From NCBI RefSeq assembly GCF_006345805.1, contig NW_021834198.1:1-43777 (forward strand): DNA of 43,777 bases. Direction: 5' to 3'. How positions within the stretch are numbered: the first letter of the stretch is position 1; each line of letters starts with the position of its first letter. Under the pieces are notes generated by a model. The model was not told the DNA's origin and did no database searches. It saw nothing but the letters and a program-made list of their open reading frames with translations. The position numbers and the translations under genes are program-made. This document shows, piece by piece, positions 12,653 to 25,592 of the stretch. This DNA comes from Octopus sinensis (taxonomy: Eukaryota).

Positions 12653-13350
12653 TATAACATTTTATTCTTTACATATAAGATATAAGATATAAAATATAGT
12701 AATATATAAAGATACCAGTAATTATTATCCTTATATATTACTATATTTTATATCTTATATGTAAAGAATAATATGTTAAATGTATGTATATTATTGTAAT
12801 TATCAGTTTAGTAAATAAATAAGTTAACATAATATAATGTCTAAAAGTTGCTGAACCACCTATTGATCCCCTCCATTTTCTTATTGCTCTATAAATTAAT
12901 GGTAAATATCTCTTTATCTTCACCCGTTTAGTACACTAGGAAATATAATTGCAATGCAATATAAAACACTTGTGTATTAATAATTGGGTATTCTAACAGC
13001 AGTATATTGGATAGATATCATGCCTTAGTGGGTTGGATTCAGTTGAATTAGGTACTTAATTTGAAGTACCAAGACAGTATTATCCGCGCAGCTCGAAGTA
13101 AGGTGAATAAAATCAAAATAAGCAACAGGATATCAAATGGTAATGCAGTACGACCGTTTCAAGCGGCTTCATTTAATTGAACAATGCAATCATTACATAA
13201 ATTTTAATGCAGTGCTATATATAGTAAAAGAGAATTTCGTTGACGAGATTTTACCCACGTGGCGAGCTGTAGTGGATATATAATAAAATAAGGAAAATAC
13301 ACATAATTTATATGTTTTTAATATATTTTAAATGATAGACTATTATGACA

Positions 13351-13382
13351 GTCGACCGGTTTCGCGTTTCGGTAATCATGAC
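13351..13382 (-). ncRNA. Degenerate or variant minimal hammerhead motif
   Basis: GTC-ATGATTA-CCGAAACGC-GAAAC-CG-GTC-GAC: stem I GTC/GAC, palindromic stem III ACCGGT, core with A3 and U8, stem II closing pair broken. Confidence 0.4.
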
Positions 13383-14509
13383 ATTGAAATTGGTGAAAAT
13401 ATTGTAATTACGTATTTTCTTAAGTTTTTAGTCCCTATTGCTTGTATAAGAGTTTGTTTGTAAATCAATCAGCATGTAGAAAAAAATCTAATAGGAGGTA
13501 ATTGGTGATTGTTATTATTCGTGACGGGGGAATTGCACGTGGGGAGGGTAAATTTTTATAAACTCATGAGTTAAAGTAGTGAGATAAAATATGTACAGTG
13601 TTGGTTACGCGTTCCTGTATTAAAATATTTCCAAAATCCAAAATTGGTCTTGCGTTCATATTCAGGTGCGGTTTGCATTTTTCAATAAATATATTTTCTA
13701 ACTGATCTGATGGGGCATAATCGCAAAAGTAGTCAGAGTGATCTTTCTTTTTTTTTCTTTCTAGCACTACTCAATCAATTTTTTTTTTAATGTGTATAAA
13801 AATGTGTTCGTTAAATAATTCACGATTCTAAGGTTAACTTGTGTATGTGGAGGGGGGGTGTAAGCAACAATCTGACGGAAACGAAATACAGTATCATGTG
13901 ATCTTTATAAGAAAAACGTGAACTTCCAGAAGTGATATCATGAAAGACTAGCAGAGTAGCCGGCCAATTTTCACAACAGTAATTTTTTGTATTCCATGTC
14001 AGGCCATGTCTTCCTCGGCGAATAGGTCACTTGACGAGAATGGATTTGTGCAATTTTGTGCAAAATTTCGTTGAGAATTTTTTCCTTTTTAAATTATTTA
14101 CATGCCTCTTCAACCCTTTCACGTGACTTTATTCATTAAAACTTATGAAAACGTCAGAACTTCTTACAACTTTCGCCGTCGTAATTTTTTGCTTTCATTT
14201 TGTTTAATAAAAATTCATCGTCGTAATTTTTTTTGCTTTTTTTTTTGTGATTCGCAGCTATCACGCCAAAAAATGCCTGCTTCCAAATCCTGTTTTCTGA
14301 TTCTAGAAAAATGATCAAACTTTAAAACTCAGTAACATTTTTCTACAATTTTTCTGGAATAAACTAAGAACAGAATCGAACTCAGCGTGAAAAAATTACA
14401 TCAATATTACAAATTTGAAAATTTTCACTTAATTCTAACATTTCAAATGTATGACAGCAACAGAAAAAAACCTGAGAGAAGTAGACACACAGACAATTAT
14501 AAGACACCA

Positions 14510-14549
<40 letters not shown>

Positions 14550-14784
14550 AATACATGCATTCTCATTATATAGTAGACGTGTGTGTGTGTGTGTCTATGA
14601 GTGTGTACGTATGTATGTGTGTCTATGTGCATGTATGCGTGTGTGTGTGAGTGTTTCTTTCTGATCGATAGTAGAAGTATTGCATGTGAACAGCTGTTGT
14701 CGACTTACCAACCCTCTTCCTCTCACCTTAAAACTACGTTTTCCTCCCACCATCTTTCATTTCATTCAGTAGTTTAAAAGCTAC

Positions 14785-15246
14785 TTATGTGTGTGTGGTG
14801 TGTGTGTGTGTATTGGTGTGTGTGTGTGTTTGTGTATTGGTGTGTGGTGTGTGTGTGTGAATGTGGTGGGTGAATGTGTGAGTGGTGTGTGTATGTGCAT
14901 TTACCTATATATTTACATACGCATGCATACAGTGTCTATTGTAATATATATTCATCTTTTACCAAACCGCGCCAACCGCTTGTAAATCTCCAACTTTCCC
15001 CTTACCCATCACATTCAAGTTCACGGCAACTCAGACTACACACTCCTTCCTTATACAAGAGTTTTATCAGTTATAGGCTTAATTGATGCCAATTTATTTT
15101 CCCATTTCTTTTTCAACATGACTACAACGTCTTCTCAATGCGGTTGAAACCGGTAGCTGCTTAGTTTAAAATGTTAATGGTGTGTTTATTTTTTCCGTGA
15201 TGACGCTCTCAAAGCATTTCCGACATTTTTTATTTCAATATACGGG

Positions 15247-15277
<31 letters not shown>

Positions 15278-15705
15278 TATTGGTGTGTGTGTGTGGTTGT
15301 GTATTGGTGGTGGGTGTGTGTGTGAATGTGGTGGGTGAATGTGTGAGTGGTGTGTGTATGTGCATTTACCTATATATTTACATACGCATTGCATACAGTC
15401 TATTGTAATATATATTCATCTTTTACCAAACCGCGCCAACCGCTTGTAAATCTCCAACTTTCCCCTTACCCATAACATTCAAGTCACGGCAACTCAGACT
15501 ACACACATCTTCTTATACAAGAGTTTTATCAGTTATAGGCTTAATGATGCCAATTTATTTTCCCATTTCTTTTTCAACATGACTACAACGTCTTCTCAAT
15601 GCGGTTGAAACCGGTAGCTGCTTAGTTTAAAATGTTAATGGTGTGTTTATTTTTTCCGTGATGACGCTCTCAAAGCATTTCCGACATTTTTTATTTCAAT
15701 ATACG
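14785..15705. repeat. Tandem duplication of about 460 bp (14785-15244 / 15245-15705) bounded by (GT)n
   Basis: Copies are near-identical and differ mostly by 1-2 bp indels. Confidence 0.92.
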
Positions 15706-15714
15706 TGTGTGTGT

Positions 15715-15756
<42 letters not shown>

Positions 15757-15943
15757 CTGATCTAATGCTCCGTGTGTTAACAAGGGCTTCCTAACGCCAA
15801 ATTAAATTTCATACAATCAAGACAACCTTGTCCCGAAGAGTAGTCTGCACTACACACCTCGTTTAGATATTTACTACTTCTGAGGTTCCGATCGCTTTAA
15901 ACATATGTAGCCCAGACTTTATCTACTTCATTGCTTAACTCTT

Positions 15944-16058
<115 letters not shown>

Positions 16059-16184
16059 ACTTATAAATAAGGGCTAAAGAAAATTATTCTATGCCAATAT
16101 GCTGTTAACAGACTTTTAAATCGTTCAATTTCCACACATTATTTACTCGCTACAGAAAAACACGAAGAGCTGAAATCGAGGGAT

Positions 16185-16420
16185 TTATGTGTGTGTGTGT
16201 GTGTGTGTCTGTGTGTCTGTGTTTGTGTCTGTGTTTGTCCCTCTACCATTGCTTGACAACTGATGTTGCTGTGTTTATATCCTCATAACTTCGGCATAAT
16301 ACCCGATAGAATATGTACTAGACTTACAAAGAATAAAACCCGCGCTCGATTTGTTCGACTAAAGACGGTGCTCCAGCATGGCCGCAGTCAAATGACTGAA
16401 AGAAATAAAAGAATATAAGT
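16185..16420 (+). mobile_element. SINE family A 3' module
   Basis: gtttgtccctc..gcttgacaac..gactaaagacggtgctccagcatggccgcagtcaaatgactgaaa. Confidence 0.8.
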
Positions 16421-16803
16421 GAATATTTTTTGGCCGTCAAATATTTTACATATTGTTTCATAATGATAAAGTGTTTTTTTGTTGAGAATCTACTTAATTC
16501 TTATTACCTAAACTGCTCATTCTACGCCCATCACCTGCTTCTTTTTACATATAGATACATATATATATTAATGGTCAACATTGTTTTGGTACAATAAAGG
16601 AGTAGAATTTACATTGGAATAGTGACACAAAAACATTATTTGCGATGAATATGAACGATATAAAACTGAAAGTATATAACATCATGGCAAGATCACGTGG
16701 CCATCATATAATTGGTTGACGTCAGATTCAATCATATTTATACGAATAACCTCATACTTACATTCTCTCGCGTACATTGACATGCGTGTGTGTGTATATA
16801 TAT

Positions 16804-16805
<2 letters not shown>

Positions 16806-16839
<34 letters not shown>

Positions 16840-17168
16840 TGTTTGAAATCAGGTTTTTGCCCCTGTTAACTGGGGTGGCCGGTTCTACCTCAATGCCATA
16901 ACAACCGAGGTAGGCAAGTGCAGCCCATTCCCAACCTTTGGGCGGGCGGGCAGGCTGGTACCCATTTTCCTTTGCTATTTTGGGAGGTTTTTTTGGAGCT
17001 GGATTTTCTCCGGGGAGCATGTCTTTGCTTACCCACCAACATCGGTTTCTAGACATGAGTGGTCTCGAGACCAAGACCTCAACCACGATTTTTAAGAAAT
17101 GTGCTGAGAAACTAGCTCAGGAAGGCAGGGACGCTATTCCATGAGACCCCTTTCGGAGCCCTCCTGCC

Positions 17169-17170
<2 letters not shown>
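16806..17170 (-). mobile_element. Retroposon-like element with (GAT)n 3' tail
   Basis: About 340-bp GC-richer block ending, on the minus strand, in a (GAT)n tract like the tail at 39660. Family not identified. Confidence 0.5.
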
Positions 17171-17226
<56 letters not shown>

Positions 17227-18030
17227 ATATATACACACACACTGACATTCAGATTTATTATATATGTTTAATTTTAGCAAGCTTTTCAACAACACAGTCA
17301 CACCAGAGCCTACTTATAACCAGATTTTTATGATCCCTAATCAACCAAAATTTATAGAATTTCAAACAAAATCTATTTTTACAGTTCCTGGTTACCTCTT
17401 TCTTACATTCTGTAATCAATTTTGTCTTTAATCCTTCTACGATAAATAAAACAATGTATTCGATGGCATAAAAACACATGGATATGTAAGATGCACTCCA
17501 TGTTCAGCGGCACATAGTCAGGACAAAATGTTTCAGTTACGTCAAAACTTATAGAAGGCTCTTAAGACCCAGGGTGATTTTTGAGACTTCTTTAAAAGCA
17601 AAATGTGTGTCTTATAAGCCATCAAATCCAGTAAGTAATAGTCAAGTGCTGATCAATTTAACCGATTGTCCCCACCACCACCTGACCCATATTTAGTCTA
17701 TTACCTATTTTTGAAAATCAGTATGTTCGCATTAATCGAAGCCATTATATCATGAGAGTCCATTCTCTTAACCGTCTGAAATTTAACAGCAAACCACGAT
17801 TAGCCTGCGCAGGTGCATAAGTACTCGTAGAGTATATACGAACGGTACGCTAAATGAACTAATTGTATGGCGAACAGTTTTTCGGAACAAAATTTTATCT
17901 AGCCTACGAACTGAAATTTGAACAACGAACCACGACTAGGCTATGCGCGCATATAAGTGGCTGGGAGAACGTGCACAAAAGGTTCGCTAACGCCCATGTA
18001 CGCATTTCAAGTAGCTTGTACATTTTCACA

Positions 18031-18191
18031 TTTTATACAGAAGATAATATTTTTCATATTTTTTGCTAAAAACATAACCATGGATCGATGGATCGACAGA
18101 AGGAAGATAAAGGAAAATATCTCACGCATGCATACACACACACACACATAAACACGCACATACACATACACAAATACATATGTATACACAA

Positions 18192-18248
<57 letters not shown>

Positions 18249-18273
18249 GTGTAATATAATCTATGTATGTATG

Positions 18274-18336
<63 letters not shown>

Positions 18337-18520
18337 GAATATATATGTATATATTATAAATATATATTTGTGTATGTGCATATGTGTTTGTGTGTGTGTC
18401 TATACATATAGATTTTATACAGAAGATAATACTTTTCATATTTTTTGCTAAAAACATAACCATGGATCGATGGGTCAATAGAAGCAAGATAAGGAAAAAA
18501 TCTCATGCATGCATACACAC
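18031..18520. repeat. Direct repeat of about 110 bp (18031-18140 / 18413-18520) separated by TA/CA microsatellite
   Basis: ttttatacagaagataat..gctaaaaacataaccatggatcgatgg..catgcatacaca occurs twice, period about 382. Confidence 0.85.
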
Positions 18521-18574
18521 ATACACGCATAAACACACATATACACATACAGGAATACATACATATATACACAC

Positions 18575-18830
18575 GGGTGTGGTGGTGAACCCTGCTGTAC
18601 TCTCTCAGCACATCTTTCGCTCACTCTTTCTTCCTGTTTCAGCTGTACCTGTATTTCGAAGGGCCAGCCTTGTTACACTCTGTGTCACGCTGAATCTTCC
18701 CGAGAACTACGTTAAGGGTACACATGTTTGTGGAGTGCTCAGCCACTTGCGCGTTAATTTCACGAGCAGGCTGTTCCATTGATCGGATCAACTGGAACAC
18801 TCGTCGTCGTAACCGACGGTGTACCAACAA
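18575..18830 (+). mobile_element. tRNA-derived SINE family C, 3' part
   Basis: ccctgctgtactc..gtggagtgctcagccacttgc..ggatcaactggaac..cgtcgtaaccgacgg; matches 24044-24400. Confidence 0.88.
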
Positions 18831-20162
18831 CTATATATATACATATACGTGTGTGTGTATGTGCTATTGACTGATGGACAAATAGGACATCATCTTATTC
18901 TTTTATGTCGTGTTTAAGTGTGGCTTAGAACGGATTACCCCTAGTTATATGCATTTCAATAACTCGTGTAACAGACAATTTGGTTAACGAACACGGTTCC
19001 GAATTCTGTTCGTATATCGAGACTCCACTGTACTACTCTAAGTTTGAATGCCTTTGACTTGAAAGGAAATTGTTGAAAACAAAAGACGAATTAAGAAGAA
19101 AGTGTATTGGTGAATTATTAAAGAGATTTACAGATTGTAACAAGTAAGTATCGTAAAGTCAATTGATAGACATGAAAGTATAATATAAAGGCTTAGATGA
19201 ATGAGAAGCTATTGATTTCAAACATACACACAAGATTAAATATTCGGCAGGGACCAATCGATTAAATTGATCTCAGTTCTCGTCTGGTGCTTATTGATTC
19301 CAAACATAGACACGGCTAAATACTAGGAAAGGAACAATTGGCTGTTATCTCACTACAACTGCCCAACACATGATCACATGTAATTCAACGGTCCCTCTCT
19401 CTCTCTCTCTCCCAGGACTCTGTAACCTTTCAAGTCAGCCAATTGGCTGGAGTTTCTCTGGTCCTTTGTGCCAGATATCATAGATTCAAATACCTTCTAT
19501 TTGTGTGTAGAAAACTAGCGCAAAATGTATGAACAAGTATAAATTTAATTGGATCATTAGATATAATTCAAAAATATAAGAGAGTTGAATATTTAACTAA
19601 AATCCACTAAAAGATTCTGTAAAAAAAAAAGAAAAGAGTTCAGAGTAAAGGTCCCCAGAATGGTTTATACTGATCCCTAGGTCGATAAGACTACTTTTGA
19701 GTTTCAGTAAATATCGGAGCGTTGAAAAGTAATCGAGTGAAATTTTGCAGTCGAAAGCTGACGTTCACTAAAGCAATTTAGGGGAAAAAACATAAAGTAA
19801 CAGAATGAAATGCAATTTGTCGATACAGATTTCTGATTTATATATAATTAGTTTCTATTGTCTGTTCCATATTGTTTCTTAGAACATAATAAATTAGATG
19901 TTATTAGGTGAAATTTTATAATTAGTTGGAATCACAAGACAGTAAAACATACGTAATTTTTGTTTCCACAGAAATGAATTGACTTTGGCTTTATTCATAT
20001 TCTCTATGGTTTTTGTTTTTGTATTCAATAATTAGGTTATAAGCATTGTAGTCTTGTAACATCTGGAAATATTTTGGTTTAGCCTTAGCTTCATTTTCTA
20101 GAATTCAGTGAAAATTTTGGTTGTGACACTGCGAGGATAAATGTCCCAGCTGGGTCATTTTC

Positions 20163-20580
20163 TTATTTCTTTGTTGCCCACAAGGAGCTAAACATAAAGG
20201 GGACAAACAAGGACAGACAAACGGATTAAGTCGATTATATCGACCCCAGTGCGTAACTGGTACTTAATTTATCGACCCCGAAAGGATGAAAGGCAAAGTC
20301 GACCTCGGCGGAATTTGAACTCAGGACGTAAAGACAGACGAAATAACTATTTCTTTACTACCCACAAGGAGCTAAACACAGAGGGGACAAACAAGGACAA
20401 ACAAACGGATTAAGTCGATTATACCGACTCCAGTGCGTAACTGGTACTTATTTAATCGACCCCGAAAGGATGAAAGGCAAAGTCGACCTCGGCGGAATTT
20501 GAACTCAGAACGTAACGGCAGACGAAATACCGCTAAGCATTTTGCCCGGCGTGCTAACGTTTCTGCCAGCTCGCTGCCTT
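20163..20580 (-). mobile_element. SINE family B, tandem dimer
   Basis: Head at 20580 (aaggcagcgagctggcagaaacgttagc). The body gtcgactttgcctttcatcctttcggggtcga occurs twice. Confidence 0.92.
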
Positions 20581-20739
20581 ATGGGTCATTTTCTGTGCTA
20601 AGCCATGATGTTGGGATGCAGTAGTCTAGTGACTATCAATAAATACTCAACACCCATAGCTATGAGAGAGGAACCAGTAAACTTACTGTGTAAACCGAGC
20701 AAAATTTTTTAAATACGCTTTTGCCTAAGTTGATATTAC

Positions 20740-22300
20740 TAAGAAGCAAAGACGATATTTGAAGAAGTATTTGAAATTTGGACCCTTATCTTCGCTTACT
20801 AATACAACAGGACCTATGAGCTTGCTATATGAAACGCCTTGATATTATAATGCCAAGAAATCTCTGATGATGAAAGTCTACCTCGAAAGGGTTCTCTCTG
20901 GTGAGTAAAATAGAGATCTTGATTTTCTAGAGATGAATAAAAAAAATCTTTTAGAAATCGACTATATCTGAAGGCATTTTTTAAAGCCTCCACCAGTGTT
21001 GATAATGAAAAAGGACACCGTTAGTATCGCAAAGAAATGATAATCGCGTGACATTGATGAGGAGATCATCATACCAGTAATTAGAGAAGTGAGATTATTA
21101 TAAAGAAAGACTCTCAGTCTGTTCTAAAATGCATGCGTGATGATGAAATGACCGATAATGCGGAGAAAGCTTTAGTATCTGATTTTCAACACTACGAGCT
21201 TTCAGTCGAAAGCGATGAGTCGACTTTCCGTTAGTTTAAATATTCTTCTGGCATATGTGAGATAATGCAGTCGAAGTCGTTGTTATTTGAGCACCATTGT
21301 GCATAAAAGGCAAATTTTTGTTTGATGTAAACAGCGAAACAACTTCGAGAAGATGCGAATATGCGCAGGAATGGCTGTGTGGTAAGTAGCTTGCTTACCA
21401 ACCACATGATTCCGGGTTCAGTCCCACTGCGTGGTACCTTAGGCAAGTGTCTTCTACTATAGTCTCGGGCCGACCAAAGCCTTGTGAGTGGATCTGGTAG
21501 ACGGAAACTGAAAGAAGCCCGACGTATATATGTATGTGTGTGTGTGTGTTTGTGTCTTTGTGTGTCTGTGTTTGTCCCCACAACATCGCTTGACAACCGA
21601 TGCTTGTGTATTTACGTTCCCGTAACTTAGCAGTTCGGCAAAAGAGGAGCCGATAGAATAAGTACTAGGCTTACAAAGAATAAGTCTTGGGGTCGCAGTC
21701 AAATGACTGAAACAAGTAAAAGAGTAAAAGAGTATAAGTGAAAGAGCTTTTCATTGTTTAGAAAAGAATTTAAAGAAATGCGATGTTCTCTGGAATATTA
21801 GAGGAGTTGCTAACTGTTGTGCACCAGACGTTGTTCGTTATTAGAGATGATTTGCTGCCATGCACAAGAAAAATATCCCCAACATACACACTGTTCATCG
21901 TGTGTTGCACAAGACACCACCTCCATGTTGATTGATAATCAACCAATCAAATTAAAGCATATCTTTTCGATTCACAACCGTTTGCAATCTATTGTAGAGG
22001 TAAGATGATTGTCAAGAGGTGACATCTTTTGCTTATACAGGATCATTGCTGTGTAACAAGTTGACAAGTAGAGGAAGCATCCGTGCTATTTGTCAGCTCT
22101 TTATTCAAAATTTTAATGCAGTACCGAAGCGTTTTCAAGGTGAAGATGTTTTAGTTATTCAGGCGTAGACAATCTTAATGAACTTCAAAGTCAAACTAGG
22201 CGTATTTAAATTTAAACTGGCACGTAGAGACTTTAAGCATTTGTCAAACTTACGGAAACTGGAAGAAGGAGAAAGTGAAAACATTTCAGATCGTGAACTG
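20740..22300 (+). mobile_element. Decayed hAT (Charlie/Buster-type) transposase, interrupted by a SINE at 21363-21736
   Basis: Collinear motifs KKQRRYLKKYLKFG..PMSLL, EEIIIPVIREV, DEMTDNAEKALVSDFQHYELSVESDESTF, IPNIHTVHRVLH, NQIKAYLFDSQPF and FKVKLGVFK..RRDFKHLSNL; many stops and frameshifts. Confidence 0.8.
21363..21736 (+). mobile_element. SINE family A, full composite copy
   Basis: gcgcaggaatggctgtgtggtaag (A box), GGGTTCAGTCCC (B box), internal microsatellite, 3' aaacaagtaaaagagtaaaagag. Confidence 0.92.
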
Positions 22301-22316
22301 GGTACACACACACACA

Positions 22317-22362
<46 letters not shown>

Positions 22363-23016
22363 CACGCACACACACTAACACACGCACGCACACTAACACA
22401 CGCACGCATGCACACACAAATTAACATATATACATACACATAAATGCATACATAAATACATATACATCATGCATAGAGAAAAATACAGACAGAGGGTGAC
22501 AGAGAAATACGCACCTATATAATGTGTGTGTATTATATATATAAATATACATATACATTTCGTTTTTGGATTTGGTTTGCAAGATTCTTTATGTGAGTTC
22601 GTGTGTTGAAGCATATTCTGTTGTGTCTGGGCAGAGTCATTTTCTTTTTGTGAAGATATCTGATTTACGCAGTAAATACTTTAAATTTCACAGTGGTGAG
22701 CTCAGACTCAAAAATTCCCTTACAAAAGATATAATCACCCCAATAACCTTTTTAGTCGAGGCATTAAAATACCAACTCTTTGTTGCTGATATACTATATA
22801 TTTTATATAATATATCATTATTAATATCAGGAAATCAGTATTAGAAAATTCTTCACAAAGACATATACGTGTGTAAAATAATTATTGTATTAAAAATATA
22901 AATATATATAAATATATGTAAATATGTATAAGTATAAATATATAAAAATGACAGTTTAAAAGATTTGAATTAAGTTTTAAGGCATCTTACGATCGTTTCG
23001 CAGAAGTGCTGTCCCT

Positions 23017-23610
23017 ATAATGGAATCCTATATTGATAAGTATTTATAGACAACTCATCTGCTCTTCAGAGATATAAAATTTGAATTTTGTATAATTTAA
23101 CGAATGGTAGTTTTTTTTTAATATATGAACTAATATAGGAAAATGGTGTTTGTTTGAAATATAAAATAAAATTAATAATTACTGCTTTTGATTTTGGTAA
23201 GTACACTTTAGTATGAAAGTCTTTAAATCCATATATGCTTGCTTGGAATTTCTTCTGTAATAATTCATAATAGTTATGTATAAAATCCATTATATTGTCT
23301 TGTATTCCAAATATAGTTCATAGACTTAGATAATATAGAATAATGGAATCCTATATTGATAAGCATTTATAGATAACACTTCTGCTCCTCAGAAATATCA
23401 AATATGAAATTTGTATAATAATAACGAATGGTAGTTTTTAAAAAATTATGAAGTAATATGGGAAAATGGTGTTTGAAATATAAATTAAAAATTAAGAATT
23501 ACTGCTGTTGATTTTGGTAAGTACACTTTAATATTAGAATCTTGAAATTCATATATTCCTCCTTGGTAAGTCTTCGGTAGTAATCCATAATAGCTGATAT
23601 AATCAAATTA
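23017..23610. repeat. Diverged AT-rich tandem duplication, period 323 bp
   Basis: ataatggaatcctatattgataag at 23017 and 23340; tgattttggtaagtacacttta in both units. Confidence 0.88.
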
Positions 23611-23747
23611 AGTAAATTCCTTTGAATACCAGACATATGTGACGCTAATGAAATCGAACTTTAACTTCTAGCTTCCGGAAATGAAATCATTTTCCCAAAA
23701 TGCTATCAAAATACGATGTCAAAAGAAGCAAAGAAACAAGAAGTTCG

Positions 23748-23855
23748 CCTGGTTTCGGATTCAGTTCCATTGCGTATCCCATCAGACAGGTGTTTTCTAC
23801 TATAGCCCTGGGCCGTCTAATGCCTTGTAAGTGAATTTAGTGGGCAAAAGCTGGC
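23748..23855 (+). mobile_element. SINE family A, degenerate fragment
   Basis: ggattcagttccattgcg..ttctactatagccctgggccg..gccttgtaagtgaattt. Confidence 0.6.
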
Positions 23856-24043
23856 CATCGAATATACGTTTATGTATGTGTATTTATGTGCATGAGTGAG
23901 TATGTCTTTGTGTATGTATGAATACGTATATATGTATATCTACACACACACACACACACATATACATATATATATATATCCACTATATATGTATATCTAC
24001 ATATATCTACATATATATACATATACATACATATATATACTAC

Positions 24044-24400
24044 GGCACTCCGTCGGATACGACGATGAAGGTCCCAGTTGATCCGATCAACGGAACAGCT
24101 TGCTCGTGAAATTAACACGCAAGTCGCTGAGCACTCCACAGACACGTGTATCCTTAACGTAGTTCTCGGGAAGATTCAGTGTGACAAGGCTGGCCCTTTG
24201 AAATACAGGTGCAACAGAAACAGGAAGTAAGAGTGAGAGAAAGTTGTGGTGAAAGAGTACAGCAGGGATCACCACCATCCCCTGCCAGAGCTTCGTGGAA
24301 ATTTAGGTGTTTTCGATCAATAAACGCTCACAACGCCCGGTCTGGGAGTCGAAACCGCGATCCTATGACCGCGAGTCCGCTGCCCTAACCACTGAGCCTC
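24044..24400 (-). mobile_element. SINE family C, near full-length
   Basis: Head gctcagtggttagggcagcggactcgcggtcataggatcgcGGTTTCGACTCC (A and B boxes), 3' end cgacggagtgcc. Confidence 0.92.
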
Positions 24401-24436
24401 CACACACACACACACACACAACATATATATATATAT

Positions 24437-24575
24437 AGGGAGAATATACAAAAACAAACAAGATGAAGACAGGTGGTGTAGACAACAAACAGATGTATTA
24501 GTATAACGCTTGGGAAGTGAAAAAGTCTTTAACGTTTCGAGCATACGCTCTTCCACAGAAAGGAACGAATCCTCC
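24437..24575 (-). mobile_element. PLE-terminus-like repeat containing a minimal hammerhead variant at 24527-24562
   Basis: CTTT-CTGTGGA-A-GAGC-gtat-GCTC-GAAAC-GTT-AAAG on the minus strand. Confidence 0.65.
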
Positions 24576-24578
24576 CTG

Positions 24579-24619
<41 letters not shown>

Positions 24620-24714
24620 TGATATATATGAGTACGTTTGTATTTCTCTGTGTGTGTGTGTGTGTGCGCGTGTGTGTGTGTGTGTGTGCGTGCGTGTGTG
24701 TTTGTGTGTGTGTG

Positions 24715-24885
24715 TGTGTTTCTTTGTGTTTGTGTTTATCACCGTGCCCGACGCTTGACAACTAGGCCTGGTTTGTTTTCGTCTCCCGTAAATATTTCGA
24801 TAGAACAAGCTTTCTGCTAAACCCTTTCATGCGGAACCCAATGTGGCCGCAGTCCAATGGCCGAAAGAAGCAAAATTCTAAAAGA
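24715..24885 (+). mobile_element. SINE family A 3' module, degenerate
   Basis: acgcttgacaac..tgtggccgcagtccaatggccgaaagaagcaaaa. Confidence 0.6.
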
Positions 24886-25210
24886 ATATACAACACCAGG
24901 TTAGTGTCGTTCACACAAAGACCCAGTCACACATAACCACATATAAAAAGGTGGGAGTGAGACGTGTCTCGTCTTATAATAAAAATGGCCTACTTTCGGC
25001 AGAGAAATAGACAGAATTGTTCCTCCATCAAAGCATGTGGAACTTTAAGACAAATGCCATATAAATTCCAGGAATAACTTCGTAGGCAATCTTTTGTACG
25101 AGCTTTGTCTGCGATTTGAATACGTTGCTTGTCAATATTAGATGGAAATATAATACGTGAGCGCGTAAACATATAAGATACATTCACATACACGTTCACA
25201 ACGCAACCAT

Positions 25211-25250
<40 letters not shown>

Positions 25251-25527
25251 AGACATAGACACATGCCATCACTGACTTACATTGCATAAAGAATTCTATA
25301 GAAACGTTTAGTTAGTGGAATAGAAACGAAAAGTTTGGTAAATGTGTACACTTGTGCATGTGTGTGTGTGCATGTGTGTATGTGTGCGTGTTTGTGTGTG
25401 TTGTGTATGTGTGTGTGTGTGTGTGCATGTGTGTGTGTGTGCATGTATGTGTGCATGTGTGCATGTGTGTGTGTATGTGTGTGTGTGTATGTGTGTATGT
25501 GTGCATGTGTGTGTGCATGTGTGTGTG

Positions 25528-25592
<65 letters not shown>

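Noticed and set aside
20864-20895. CTGATGA...GAAA motif
   Set aside because: It lies inside the hAT transposase relic, and stems I and III do not form.
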